The notes below the pieces were generated by a model. It did not search any database, was not told the DNA's origin, and saw only the letters and a list, made by a program, of their open reading frames with translations. The translations under genes were made by a program, and so were the position numbers. This document shows positions 21,001 to 31,041 of a stretch of DNA of 64,000 nucleotides, piece by piece. This DNA comes from a virus, in the IMG/VR virus record IMGVR_UViG_3300022700_000069, positions 38,429 to 102,428 of that record. One strand, written 5' to 3'. Each line of letters opens with the position of its first letter. The stretch's first letter is position 1.

Positions 21001-21390
21001 TTTAATACAAAAGTGATTATTGAATCAGTTAATATTGATTATGATGATACTGTTTGGGATACAAATCCAGAAGGTTTTGGTATGCAACCGATGATTGCAT
21101 ATGTAACATTAAATATGAAAATTTTAGGTGGTCAATCACTTAAAGGACCAATTGATGCACTTCAGAATGCTGTATCATTTAATTATTATGCAAATTCAAC
21201 ATATACAAAGAATGGTTTATATAAAACACCAACAAAAGAAGCAGAAAAACAAGAAACATATATAAATGGTGTTTTAGATAAAAAATCACAAGATGCACAA
21301 GATGAATTTAATAATAAAACAACAGAGAGCTTTCTTGAAGATAAAACAAATAGAAATATATATAATTATAATGAAGATGATAGATTTTAA
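18061..21390 (+). CDS. Baseplate / tube-initiator-like protein with OmpA-like insertion
   Basis: WFPPY...GRNEPIYTY..SERS and FGRQPVCILRIADFFNTK..WD.NPEG.GMQPMIA blocks flank IVGSAT..YNKSIGLRRA. Confidence 0.65.
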   Translation: MGRLKDALKPSNIWSGTQFSGLNEDLNENDTPPSRLLNNSNELRNSLKSRNLYTEFTQYPLQPNDRERIVNAVSGILNGITPFNSTNLNNTAIGRLISTPTTPLTDIGLLMLGKQFTQNFKSNALQQLIPNINLKNAFDGNSDTKLFQENINFSITEREDAGNFQNFLEDFFGYNPNRENPFRKNASNAEYILNTGVGQLDFLFGNSAKDDSGGLNKNIYKPYKIEYFNGAERSGNNIGSRESSLSGKEWFNFTNYDFYKYLPINVDFNSESRANSEMKDGYITSTPAEVEDLRNQEYAPDLDYINSYFGRTKNARLFNLVNDLEERPETEFDDNIKNRLVWGRDGISAKANERISKLRGVNVPSFDLQDTKFNYNIYTGLLEYTRNLLNVSEGQLVDQTKKIYKNGDSIDSANGSKLWKAPESSLNRFAGKKGIRQHSILDQYDRFAKAIRFDGNEVYGGNENSVIHKSVLPKIHPILDNEGNVDNTNLMFSLENLAVVAIDGDGEYGIIDDEYGTQIPSCEVGPFNGRMMWFPPYAISLNETASANFESTVMVGRNEPIYTYMHSERSAVLTFTMLADYPEQLKNYIKNGEYKDIGEFFAFGGPEFEQPTFLNNSEEKQRKNEEEITKIEGPNKKKKTPLNLTSFNISFPNDIPAKNNINSSVIDKLYLDYRYEIIEDLNSTIGTSNGLNSDIYILKGVDLASVPLTFNPPEGFSQSNAEYDETERPLDDTLKDAFSDPENVNFYEIDIVGSATALYTPSIKDDEDDAEAYNKSIGLRRAKVAESFIKARIKKIFPDTASEILDGLNFNLRSEGAPNQEYNTVESKNDLGAKLQRSAKIEIVERETTPDPKQQNTTSDEQRDINELKKENQGLQNAKNVQGKNSKSDCIMNERESSDISDNDDGIMGNGRSLLKNKFYPAFHSQTPEDLHKRLTFLQQCVRQGSAIRSTPEVDENGIRRVKNSAFGRQPVCILRIADFFNTKVIIESVNIDYDDTVWDTNPEGFGMQPMIAYVTLNMKILGGQSLKGPIDALQNAVSFNYYANSTYTKNGLYKTPTKEAEKQETYINGVLDKKSQDAQDEFNNKTTESFLEDKTNRNIYNYNEDDRF

Positions 21391-21392
21391 TT

Positions 21393-21707
21393 ATGCCAAG
21401 AGAAGATTATAATAGATATGCAATATTAGAAAATGATGATGGTTCAGTGGATAGAATGCCATTTGTTAATATTTCTGAGCGTGCTAGTGATAAATATGAA
21501 TATTGGAATATAACTTTTAGTCGTATGGATAAATTAGCACAAAAATATTATGGAAATCCTTTTTATGATTTTATTATATTATATGCAAATCCTGAATTTA
21601 TTTCACAATTTGATATACCTGATGGTTCATTAATAAGAATACCATTCCCTCTTTCACAAGTAAAATCAGAGTACGAGGCGAAATTGGAACAAATAAAAAA
21701 TCAATAA
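21393..21707 (+). CDS. Baseplate wedge LysM/gp53-like protein
   Basis: RMDKLAQKYYGNP...II.YANP...IPDGSLIRIP. Confidence 0.8.
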   Translation: MPREDYNRYAILENDDGSVDRMPFVNISERASDKYEYWNITFSRMDKLAQKYYGNPFYDFIILYANPEFISQFDIPDGSLIRIPFPLSQVKSEYEAKLEQIKNQ

Positions 21708-21766
21708 TATTATTGTTTTTTTCAAAAATTTAGTATTTATTTGTAGTTCACAATTAATGTTTTATT

Positions 21767-23647
21767 ATGGAAAAAGCAATAAAAAAAATATTAAATAATA
21801 AGAAATATATTGAATCACATATAAAAAAAACATATCCAGAATTATATAATAAAATTATTTTATTTAACAAAAATTTGGATATATCATGGTTAAATAAATT
21901 ATATAATTATATATATAAAATTAAAAGTAAAAATTGTGAATATTGTGGTAAATCATTAAAATTTAAAGAAAATTTTTCTATTGGTTATGGAAAATACTGT
22001 TCAAAAAAATGCACTTCTAGGGCAACAAGAGATAAAGTAAAACAAACTAATTTAAATAAATATGGGGTTGAATTTCCATTACAAAATGAAAAAATATTAA
22101 ATAAAGTAAAACAAACTAATTTAAATAAATATGGGGTTGAATCAACATTATTAAATAAAAACGTAAAAAATAAAATAAAACAAACTAATATAGAAAAATA
22201 CGGTGTTGAAAATCCATTTCAATCAAAATTAATAAGAAATAAAATAAAACAAACTAATTTAAATAAGTATGGGGTTGAAAATATATTTGAAAATGAAGAA
22301 GTGAGAAAAAAAATTAATGTAAAGTATTGGAATAAAACAAATGACGAAAGAAAAAAAATTGTTCAAAAAGCAAAACAAACTAATATAAATAAATATGGTG
22401 TTTCAACAGTTTTATTATTGGAAGAAAATAGAAATAAACAAAAAAAGATTATTAAAAAAAAGTATGGAGTTGAATTTGCATTACAAAATCCTGAAATTTA
22501 TAAAAAGAGTCGAGAAAAAATAAGAAAAAAATATGAAGTAGATAATATATCACAATCTTTAATAATTAAAAAAAATAAAAAAAATAAATTTTTAATTAAT
22601 TGGGCAAAAAAATTAAATATTTCCATAAATAATATAAAATATGATAATGGGATTTTCATTATTAAACAATATTGTAAAAATCATAATAGTTTTAAAATTA
22701 ATTATGATGATTTATATAATAGGTTTAATATGGGGGTTATTAATATTTGTACTAAATGTAATCCCATTAATAAACAATCGAAAATTAAGGAAAGGGAAAT
22801 TGCTGATTTCATTGATAATGATTTAAATTTGAAATATGATAGAAATAATCGAAAAATATTAAATGGAAAAGAAATTGATTTTTATTTTCCTGAATATAAA
22901 TTAGGTATTGAATTTAATGGTTTATATTATCACTCAAATAAATTCATTACAAAAAAATATCATCTGAATAAAACAGAGTTTGCTGAAAAACAAAATATAC
23001 AATTATTACATATTTTTGAAGATGAGTGGATATTTAAAAAAGATTTAATTAAATCAATAATTAAAAGTAAATTAAATATTTTTGATAAAAAAATATATGC
23101 TCGTAAATGTGAAATTAGAGAAATTAATGATAATCAATTGGTTCGTGAATTTCTTGAAAGAAATCATTTACAGGGGTTTGTTGGTTCTAAATATAAAATT
23201 GGATTATTTCATAATGATGAATTAATTTCATTAATGATTTTTAGTAGAAAAAGAATTGCTTTGGGAAGTAAAAATAATAACAATAATGAATTTGAATTAT
23301 TACGTTTTTGTAATAAATTAAATACACAGGTAATTGGTGGAGCAAGTAAATTATTAAATTATTTTGTAAAAATTTATAAACCAAAATCAATTTTAACTTT
23401 TGCTGATAGAAGATATAGTAATGGTAAATTATATCAAAGATTAGGGTTTAAATTCATAAAAAAAACTAAACCAAATTATTGGTATTTTAAGAAAAATAAA
23501 TTGATCAGATATCATAGATTTAATTTTAGGAAAGATATTCTTGTTAAAAAGGGGTATGATTCTAACAAAACCGAAAAACAAATAATGACTGAAAATGGAT
23601 ATTATTACATATATGATTGTGGTAATAAAAAATATGTGTTAAATTAA
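21767..23647 (+). CDS. Hef-like homing endonuclease with KQTNxxKYGVE repeats
   Basis: About 7 KYGV repeats; EIDFYFPEYKLGIEFNGLYYHS, IFEDEW, FADRRYS, IYDCG. Confidence 0.8.
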   Translation: MEKAIKKILNNKKYIESHIKKTYPELYNKIILFNKNLDISWLNKLYNYIYKIKSKNCEYCGKSLKFKENFSIGYGKYCSKKCTSRATRDKVKQTNLNKYGVEFPLQNEKILNKVKQTNLNKYGVESTLLNKNVKNKIKQTNIEKYGVENPFQSKLIRNKIKQTNLNKYGVENIFENEEVRKKINVKYWNKTNDERKKIVQKAKQTNINKYGVSTVLLLEENRNKQKKIIKKKYGVEFALQNPEIYKKSREKIRKKYEVDNISQSLIIKKNKKNKFLINWAKKLNISINNIKYDNGIFIIKQYCKNHNSFKINYDDLYNRFNMGVINICTKCNPINKQSKIKEREIADFIDNDLNLKYDRNNRKILNGKEIDFYFPEYKLGIEFNGLYYHSNKFITKKYHLNKTEFAEKQNIQLLHIFEDEWIFKKDLIKSIIKSKLNIFDKKIYARKCEIREINDNQLVREFLERNHLQGFVGSKYKIGLFHNDELISLMIFSRKRIALGSKNNNNNEFELLRFCNKLNTQVIGGASKLLNYFVKIYKPKSILTFADRRYSNGKLYQRLGFKFIKKTKPNYWYFKKNKLIRYHRFNFRKDILVKKGYDSNKTEKQIMTENGYYYIYDCGNKKYVLN

Positions 23648-23654
23648 TAAAGTC

Positions 23655-23685
23655 TTGATATTAATTATTTTTTTATATAAGTTTG
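23655..23685 (+). promoter_or_regulatory. Bacteroidota sigma70-type promoter of the glyco island
   Basis: TTG-N20-TAAGTTTG. Confidence 0.65.
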
Positions 23686-23705
23686 TAAAAAAATTTATAT
23701 TTTTT

Positions 23706-24407
23706 ATGAAAAAAAATAAAATTATTGTAGTGTATTCTACACATTTAAGTGAACAAGAAAATATAGAATTTAATCATCATATTGAAGATACAATAGGTGA
23801 TGTTGATTTTAGTATTTTAGTGTATCCAAATTTTAATCAATACTCTCTCCCCCAAATATATAATCAGGCATTAAAGGACTATTATGATGATAATTTAATA
23901 TTTGTGTTTTGTCATAATGATATTATTTTTAAAACTAAAGATTGGGGAAAAATATTACTTGCCAGATTTAATGCTAATAATAATTTTGATATTATTGGTG
24001 TTGCTGGATCAACATATTTACCAGAATCTGGAAGATGGTGGGAAGACCCATCAAAAATGGTGGGAATTGTTGAACATACTAATAGTCTTAGAACTTGGGT
24101 AAGTAATTATTCTGAAAAATTTTATGGAATTAGAGAAACTGTTTTAATTGACGGTCTGTTTATGGCAGTTAATCCAACAACAATTGAACATCAATTTGAT
24201 GAAGATTTTAAGGGTTTTCATTTTTATGACCTAAGTTTTTGTTTACCAAATTATTTAGATGGTAATAATATTGGTGTTTTAACAGATATTAGAATTTTAC
24301 ATAAATCAATTGGAATGACAAATCAACAATGGGAAGAAAATAGACAAAAATTTATAAATAAATATAAAGATGATTTACCAATAAAATTAGAACCACATGC
24401 CAATTAA
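23706..24407 (+). CDS. GT2-like glycosyltransferase (start moved to ATG 23706)
   Basis: YNQAL, FCHNDI, IGVAG, IDGLFMA, FHFYD. Confidence 0.85.
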   Translation: MKKNKIIVVYSTHLSEQENIEFNHHIEDTIGDVDFSILVYPNFNQYSLPQIYNQALKDYYDDNLIFVFCHNDIIFKTKDWGKILLARFNANNNFDIIGVAGSTYLPESGRWWEDPSKMVGIVEHTNSLRTWVSNYSEKFYGIRETVLIDGLFMAVNPTTIEHQFDEDFKGFHFYDLSFCLPNYLDGNNIGVLTDIRILHKSIGMTNQQWEENRQKFINKYKDDLPIKLEPHAN

Positions 24408-25050
24408 AATAGATCAAATTGATGATGGATTACCAATATCGGTTATTGTACCATTAGATAAAAAAAGAAAAAATTTTTTTGAAAATTTTGTTCTACCACT
24501 TATTGAAGCAAATGAGCCAAATGAAATCATAATTAATGATAATATTGGTTCTGCACCTAAAAAAAGAAATGCTGGATTTAAAAAATCAACACAACCATAT
24601 GTATTTTTTTGTGATGATGATATTATACTTCCAGCAAATTATTTACAGACTTTATATAAAACTTTAAAGAAAAATGAATCATTAAAAAATATAAAAATTG
24701 GATATACATATACTGGATATCATGGTATTGTATTACATCCACAATCACATCCAATGAGAGGTAATTTTCAAATACCTTCAATACCTTTTAATGGTAATCA
24801 GCTTCTTAAAAGTAATTTTATTTCAACAATGACATTGATTAATAGAAAATATTTTCCAATGTTTGATGAAAATTTAAAAAGATTTCAGGATTGGGATATT
24901 TTCTTAACAATGTATCGAAATGGAATTCAAGGAGTATTTATTAATAACTTAAAGTTTTTTGCATATTATCTTGATGAGGGAATTACAGCAAATGGAAACA
25001 ATCAGCATGAAGCGTATACAATTGTTGCTAGAAAACATGGTCTATTATAA
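24397..25050 (+). CDS. Glycosyltransferase family 2
   Basis: ISVIVP, RNAG, FFCDDD, FQDWD. Confidence 0.88.
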   Translation: MPIKIDQIDDGLPISVIVPLDKKRKNFFENFVLPLIEANEPNEIIINDNIGSAPKKRNAGFKKSTQPYVFFCDDDIILPANYLQTLYKTLKKNESLKNIKIGYTYTGYHGIVLHPQSHPMRGNFQIPSIPFNGNQLLKSNFISTMTLINRKYFPMFDENLKRFQDWDIFLTMYRNGIQGVFINNLKFFAYYLDEGITANGNNQHEAYTIVARKHGLL

Positions 25051-26075
25051 TGAAAAGAGTAAGAAAGAATATAAAAAAAACAATTAAAAAGAAAATTGAA
25101 TTTACTAATAGGGATTTAAATAATAGACAATTAAGAAAAAATAATGGAGTAGTTTTAAATAATGTGATTGTGGGATTACCAAAACCGAAAAATGAAAAAG
25201 GAAATTTAAAAACTGTTGAACAAATAAGAAAAAGTGAATCATATACTGATGAAAGATTAAATAAAAGAATTGGTAATCAAAAAAAAACTAATAAAAAACA
25301 TTTAATAGATAATAAAAATAAAATAGAATATAATTTTTTTAATGAAAAATATAAAAAAAGAGAATATGTTGATTATGATTGTATTATAATCATTTCATCA
25401 TATCAAAGATATAATAAATTATATTCAATATTAAATCAATTATATACACAAAGAACTGAATATACGTTTAAGGTTATTGTTATAAATGATGGATCAGATG
25501 ATAGAAGATATAAATTATTAATAAATTTGTTTAATAATATTGATTATTTTGAAAATGATATAAATAATGGTAAAAGAAAATATTGGAAAACTATAAATAA
25601 TTTATTAAAAAAAGCATCTGAATATAAATCACATACTATCATACAAATTGATGATGATTTTATATTATGTGATAATTTTATTAACAAATTAATGAGTTTA
25701 TTTTTTAAAATAAAAAGAGAAAATAATAAATATGTGGCAATATATTATCATAATTCAGGAATTGCAAAAAATGTAAAAAGATGGGGTTTAAGACAATGGT
25801 TAGATGGTGGTTCATTATTTGATACATATTTTTTGGATGAAATTAATTATAATTTAGATAGAATAGCAGAAAGAAGATGGATTGGTGCAGCAAGTGCAAG
25901 TTCTGGTGTTTGGAGACAAATATCAGGTAAGATAAATGAATTTAATTGTATAATTTATAAACCTGAAGTATCTTATGTTATCCATAATGGAAATGATGAA
26001 TCAATGATGAATAGAGAATTAAGAAAAAAGATACCAATAATATCAAAAAAATTTATTGATAATGAATCAAATTAG
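25050..26075 (+). CDS. GT2 glycosyltransferase with basic N-terminal extension
   Basis: VINDGS, QIDDD. Confidence 0.8.
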   Translation: MKRVRKNIKKTIKKKIEFTNRDLNNRQLRKNNGVVLNNVIVGLPKPKNEKGNLKTVEQIRKSESYTDERLNKRIGNQKKTNKKHLIDNKNKIEYNFFNEKYKKREYVDYDCIIIISSYQRYNKLYSILNQLYTQRTEYTFKVIVINDGSDDRRYKLLINLFNNIDYFENDINNGKRKYWKTINNLLKKASEYKSHTIIQIDDDFILCDNFINKLMSLFFKIKRENNKYVAIYYHNSGIAKNVKRWGLRQWLDGGSLFDTYFLDEINYNLDRIAERRWIGAASASSGVWRQISGKINEFNCIIYKPEVSYVIHNGNDESMMNRELRKKIPIISKKFIDNESN

Positions 26076-26802
26076 TGTAATTTTAAATGTTTTCAAAAGA
26101 CCGTATACACTTGAAAAACAGATTGAAGCAATTAAAAATCAATCTATAAATATAAAATCAGAAAATATTCATGTGTGGTATAATAAAAGTGGTGTTAATC
26201 AATATGCACCAAAAGATAATAAAATAAAAACATATTATGCCAATTGGAATACTAAATTTTTTGGGAGATTTACAATACCATTATTATTAAAAACACCATA
26301 TATTGCATTATTTGATGATGATATTTATCCACAAAAAGATTGGTTAAAAAATTGTTTGAATACAATTAATAAATCAGAGAGTAATGGTATTTTAGGTGGT
26401 AGTGGTGTAATATTAAAAGGTAATGGATATAGACCACACTCTAAAGTAGGATGGAATGGTCAACATTTAGAAAAATCAAAAAGAGTTGATTTGGTTGGTC
26501 ATGCATGGTTTTTTAGACAAGAATGGGCAAAATATTTATGGTATGAAAAACCACATTCTTGGGATAATGGTGAAGATATAATGTTTTCATATTTAGCACA
26601 AAAATATGGTAATATTAATACATACGTTCCATCACATCCTAATAATAATAAAAATTTGTGGTCAACTGATTATGATTTTGCATTTAATAATGGGAATGAT
26701 GATAACTCATCATTTAAAAAGAGTGCACATTATGGTATAAGAGATAAAATATGTGCTTATTGTATAAATAATGGATGGAAAACAGTTAATAATATTAAAT
26801 AA
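26062..26802 (+). CDS. GT2-like glycosyltransferase
   Basis: ISVIL..FKR, LFDDD, GEDI. Confidence 0.8.
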   Translation: MNQISVILNVFKRPYTLEKQIEAIKNQSINIKSENIHVWYNKSGVNQYAPKDNKIKTYYANWNTKFFGRFTIPLLLKTPYIALFDDDIYPQKDWLKNCLNTINKSESNGILGGSGVILKGNGYRPHSKVGWNGQHLEKSKRVDLVGHAWFFRQEWAKYLWYEKPHSWDNGEDIMFSYLAQKYGNINTYVPSHPNNNKNLWSTDYDFAFNNGNDDNSSFKKSAHYGIRDKICAYCINNGWKTVNNIK

Positions 26803-27527
26803 TGAGAGAAAAAGATTTTTATAAAGAATTTTATTTTTTTCTTAATAAAATTAAGAAAAATGAATATTTTTCAATATCAAGATGGGGGGATGGTGAATTA
26901 GCAATATTAGAAAATCAATATATTGATTTAAGAAATTTAAAAAATGGTGAATTTAGATATGATCCTAAATTACCACAATATCAATCTATTAGAGATGTAT
27001 TAATGAAATCATATATTGCAAATGATAACCAATATTATATTGGTGTTGCTTGTCCTTGTTGTGTTGGACAAGAAAAATATCAATATATGAAAAATATATC
27101 AAAACAAGATGAAGATCATTTAACATGGGCGAATATTTTTGTAAATGCTAATTATAACAATTTTATTAATAATTTTATACCAGAAATGAAAAATCATGAT
27201 GTTATTATGGTTGTTAATAATAAAGCAGATACATCAAAATTACCATTTAAAGTTGAAAAAACTTATAAAGTTGGTACAGATGCTTGGTATGAGAATATTG
27301 ATATTGTTGATAACATAAAAAACGATTATTATAATTCAAAAAATAAGATATTTTTATTTGCTGCTGGTCCACTTGCAAATATATTAACATATGAATTATG
27401 GTTTAATATGAATAAAAATAATACATATATTGATATTGGTTCTACTTTAGATGTTCATATGGGAATGAAAGCAACCAGAGGATATCTTAGAGGTGCTGAT
27501 ACTCTTAAAAAGAAATGTATATGGTGA
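26802..27527 (+). CDS. GT-D-fold (DUF1792-like) glycosyltransferase
   Basis: SISRWGDGE, AAGP.A, IDIGS.LD. Confidence 0.75.
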   Translation: MREKDFYKEFYFFLNKIKKNEYFSISRWGDGELAILENQYIDLRNLKNGEFRYDPKLPQYQSIRDVLMKSYIANDNQYYIGVACPCCVGQEKYQYMKNISKQDEDHLTWANIFVNANYNNFINNFIPEMKNHDVIMVVNNKADTSKLPFKVEKTYKVGTDAWYENIDIVDNIKNDYYNSKNKIFLFAAGPLANILTYELWFNMNKNNTYIDIGSTLDVHMGMKATRGYLRGADTLKKKCIW

Positions 27528-28192
27528 ATAAAATTAAAGCCGGAAAAATAAAAGAACCAATTTTAGCTGCATATCCAAGAAGTGGTACGAATTGGACAAG
27601 ATATTGTGTTGAGTATTTTAGTAAAAAACCTACTCCGGGAAAGTTAAGATTAATTAAAAAAGATAATAAATCCTCAGTAATAGCAAGAACACATGACTTA
27701 CAAAATGTGACTTATGAATCAAGGAGATTAATTAATGGTAAAGAGCAGGTTTTACAATTTTTAGCAAAACCAGATAAAGCAAATTATTCTAAATTAATTC
27801 TTTTAATTAGAAATCCATTAGATAATTATGTATCAATGAATCGAAATTTTAAAAAAATGATTTATTATTTCAGTAATATAGATGTATATGATAAATTTTT
27901 AGGTGATAAAATATTATTACATTATGAAGATATAATTTCAGATGATTTTTTATACATGAAAAAAATATTAGATTTTATTAATATAGCTAACGACCCAAAT
28001 GAATTACAAGATTTTATAAATAATTTAGATTACCATAAAAGTAATTCTAAAAAAATGTATAATAATAATTGGAATAAAAGAACAAGAGGTAATAGTGATA
28101 TTTTATCTGAAAAGGAAAAAAATAAAATTATTAATGAAATAAAAATAAAATATCCAATGATTACTAAAAAATATTTAAATAGATATTTTTAA
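27515..28192 (+). CDS. Sulfotransferase-like protein
   Basis: YPRSGTNW (5'-PAPS loop), IRNPLD, HYEDI. Confidence 0.75.
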   Translation: MYMVNKIKAGKIKEPILAAYPRSGTNWTRYCVEYFSKKPTPGKLRLIKKDNKSSVIARTHDLQNVTYESRRLINGKEQVLQFLAKPDKANYSKLILLIRNPLDNYVSMNRNFKKMIYYFSNIDVYDKFLGDKILLHYEDIISDDFLYMKKILDFINIANDPNELQDFINNLDYHKSNSKKMYNNNWNKRTRGNSDILSEKEKNKIINEIKIKYPMITKKYLNRYF

Positions 28193-28193
28193 T

Positions 28194-28856
28194 ATGAAAT
28201 TAAAATATATTATTACAGGTACTGGTCGTAATGGGACTGGTTATTTTAGTGAATTATTAAAATTAAATGGAATTTCATGTGGACATGAACAAATTTTTGG
28301 TTTAAATGGTTTAAATATTCCATCTCAAAATTTTTATAAGAGTAATTTAAATAATAATAATAAATTTATTGCTGAATCTTCATGGTTAATAGCACCATAT
28401 TTAAATGAATCATTTATAACTAAAGATATTCAAATTATTTTTTTAATAAGAGACCCAATTAAAACGATTAAATCTTTATATGATGTAACACATATTACAA
28501 AAAAACACATGAATTCACCATATTTAAATCATATCATGAGACATTTAAATATATCAATAAATAATGATTTAGATTTTTTAATTGAATTTTATATAAAATG
28601 GTCAAATATGATTGAATCATATTTAAATAAGTTTGATAATTCATATATTTTAAGGTTTGAGGACATAAATTTGAATCAAGAAAAATTATCTAATATATTT
28701 AATAAAAAAATTGAAATTTTAGATAAAGAAGTAAATACAAAAACAATGAAAAAGAAAAGAAATATAAACATAGATGATGTTTTAAATAATGTTTTTAAAA
28801 ATTCAGAATTAAAAAAGTTTGTATATAAATATAATTATATAGATAATTATATTTAA
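28194..28856 (+). CDS. Sulfotransferase-like protein
   Basis: ITGTGRNGT, HE, IRDP..TI.S, RFED. Confidence 0.7.
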   Translation: MKLKYIITGTGRNGTGYFSELLKLNGISCGHEQIFGLNGLNIPSQNFYKSNLNNNNKFIAESSWLIAPYLNESFITKDIQIIFLIRDPIKTIKSLYDVTHITKKHMNSPYLNHIMRHLNISINNDLDFLIEFYIKWSNMIESYLNKFDNSYILRFEDINLNQEKLSNIFNKKIEILDKEVNTKTMKKKRNINIDDVLNNVFKNSELKKFVYKYNYIDNYI

Positions 28857-28982
28857 TATAAAAATTAAAAAATTTATTAGTTTGGATTTAAATAATAGAA
28901 AATTTGGTATCACTACTTGTAATAGTAACAATTATAATGTAATAATCAATATCTATTTGAACTATGAAAAAAATTATTAAAA

Positions 28983-29948
28983 ATGAAAACAATAGATAAT
29001 TTTAGTTATTATAAAAGACATCAACCAGTAAAAATTAAATTTATTGAAGATTTTATAAAAAATAAAACAGACGTTACTAATATATTTGATGTTGGTTGTA
29101 ATAATGGTGATATATCATATTTTTTCCAAAAAAAATATGATAAAAATGTTTTGGGTATTGATTTATCTAAAAATTTAGATTTACCTGATGATTATGATTT
29201 CAAAAATGTTGATATTATTCAAGATAATTTAACTTATTTTAATGATGTAACATTTTTTTTAAGTTTATATCATCATTTATTAGGTGCATATTCACTAGAA
29301 ATAGCTGATAATGTATTTTATAAATTATTGTTTAGAACAAAATATTTAATATTTGATTGTGGTAATTTAAGTGAAAAAAATAGAAATAATACATATTGGT
29401 ATAAAAAACAAGGAGAATATTTTAATAATGAAAAAGAATTATTAAATCATTTTAATATAAAATATGATATTATAGATAATTGGAATACTGGTGGTGGTTT
29501 ACGATCCGTTGTTGTGTTTTATTCATCAGATTTAAATGATAAACTTAATGTAATTAACAAATATAAGAGATTTATTGGTAGTAAAAAACAAGAATATGGA
29601 TTAATTAATGTAAATAATATTAATTCGATTAATAGTGGGGATATTTTTCATGAAAATGTTTTTTATAAATTAGAATTTAATGGAAAATATTTTTTTTCAA
29701 AAAAGCATTTTTTAGATGAAAAAGAAAAAAATGAATTAAATAATATTATTGATGTATATAATACGATTGATAAAAATAATTTAATTAATTTTTATGGTTA
29801 TATAAAAAAATATGGGTTTATTTATGAATGGTTAAACGATATTAAATATAATAGAAAATGGAAGTTAATACTAAACAACAAAACATTAAATGATGTTGAT
29901 GTTATTACCGTAAATAATAAAGAAAAATTCATTGATTTTGAAAGATAA
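28983..29948 (+). CDS. Class I SAM methyltransferase-like protein
   Basis: IFDVGCNNG, LGID, LSLYHH. Confidence 0.75.
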   Translation: MKTIDNFSYYKRHQPVKIKFIEDFIKNKTDVTNIFDVGCNNGDISYFFQKKYDKNVLGIDLSKNLDLPDDYDFKNVDIIQDNLTYFNDVTFFLSLYHHLLGAYSLEIADNVFYKLLFRTKYLIFDCGNLSEKNRNNTYWYKKQGEYFNNEKELLNHFNIKYDIIDNWNTGGGLRSVVVFYSSDLNDKLNVINKYKRFIGSKKQEYGLINVNNINSINSGDIFHENVFYKLEFNGKYFFSKKHFLDEKEKNELNNIIDVYNTIDKNNLINFYGYIKKYGFIYEWLNDIKYNRKWKLILNNKTLNDVDVITVNNKEKFIDFER

Positions 29949-29952
29949 AAAT

Positions 29953-30954
29953 ATGATACTATTTGCATATGGAACAAGACCAGAATTTATAAAAATTAAG
30001 CCAATTTTAGATAAATTTAAAGAAAATAATATTCAGCATAAGGTGTTATTTACTGGTCAACATGAAGATTTATTGGATATTATGCCTGTTGATTATCAGC
30101 TTGCAGTAATTGACGGATATAATTGTCATAATAGATTAGATTGTATCATTGAAGCTATAATGAATAAAAAAAATATTTGGAAGGGCATAACACATGTTTT
30201 AGTTCAAGGTGATACAACATCTGTATTAGCAGTAGCATTAGCAGCATTTCATCGCAATATAAAAGTAATTCATTTAGAAGCAGGGTTAAGAACATATAAT
30301 AAATTTAACCCATATCCGGAAGAAATTAATAGAAGAATTGTATCACAATTAACTGATATTCATCTTTGTCCTACTGAATTAAATAAAGAAAATCTTAATA
30401 GAGAAGGAATTGAGGGTGATAAATATGTTATTGGTAACACGGTATTAGATAATTTAGTTGAATATAAAAAAGATTGTGATTATAAAGATAAGATTCTTGT
30501 GACAATGCATCGTAGAGAAAATCATCATTGGTTAGATCAATGGTTTAAAGAGATTGATAAACTTGCTGAATTACATTTTGATCTTGAATTTATTATACCG
30601 TTACATCCAAACCCAAATGTACAAAAACATAAGAATTTATTAAAGAATGTAAAGGTAGTTGATCCATTATCACATGAAGAATTGATTAAATTATTAATTG
30701 AAACAAAATTAGTTATTACTGATAGTGGTGGACTACAGGAAGAGTGTTCATTTTTTAATAAGAAATGTTTAACTTGTAGAAAAGTAACAGAAAGACCCGA
30801 AGCAATTGGACAAAGCACAATAATGGTAAATAATCCAAATCAATTAAGTACTGAATTTAATCGACATATTATGGAATATGATATTAATTATGAAAGTCCA
30901 TTTGGTGATGGTGATAGTAGTAGTAAAATATTTAAAATAATAAAAGATTTTTAA
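29953..30954 (+). CDS. wecB: UDP-N-acetylglucosamine 2-epimerase (non-hydrolysing)
   Basis: GTRPE.IK, TGQH, VQGDT, HLEAGLR, PYPEE.NR, HRREN, TDSGGLQEE, TERPE, PFGDG. Confidence 0.95.
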   Translation: MILFAYGTRPEFIKIKPILDKFKENNIQHKVLFTGQHEDLLDIMPVDYQLAVIDGYNCHNRLDCIIEAIMNKKNIWKGITHVLVQGDTTSVLAVALAAFHRNIKVIHLEAGLRTYNKFNPYPEEINRRIVSQLTDIHLCPTELNKENLNREGIEGDKYVIGNTVLDNLVEYKKDCDYKDKILVTMHRRENHHWLDQWFKEIDKLAELHFDLEFIIPLHPNPNVQKHKNLLKNVKVVDPLSHEELIKLLIETKLVITDSGGLQEECSFFNKKCLTCRKVTERPEAIGQSTIMVNNPNQLSTEFNRHIMEYDINYESPFGDGDSSSKIFKIIKDF

Positions 30955-30971
30955 TTACATTAAACAATAAT

Positions 30972-31002
30972 TTGGAATATTTATAAAAAAGTATTAATTT
31001 TG
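30972..31002 (+). promoter_or_regulatory. Bacteroidota sigma70-type promoter
   Basis: TTG-N20-TAATTTTG. Confidence 0.55.
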
Positions 31003-31041
31003 AAAATAATTGGAATTTTTCACTTTTAAATTTAACATTTA

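Noticed and set aside
23655-23705. TTG start proposed by the ORF track
   Set aside because: The region is a promoter; ATG 23706 is the better start.
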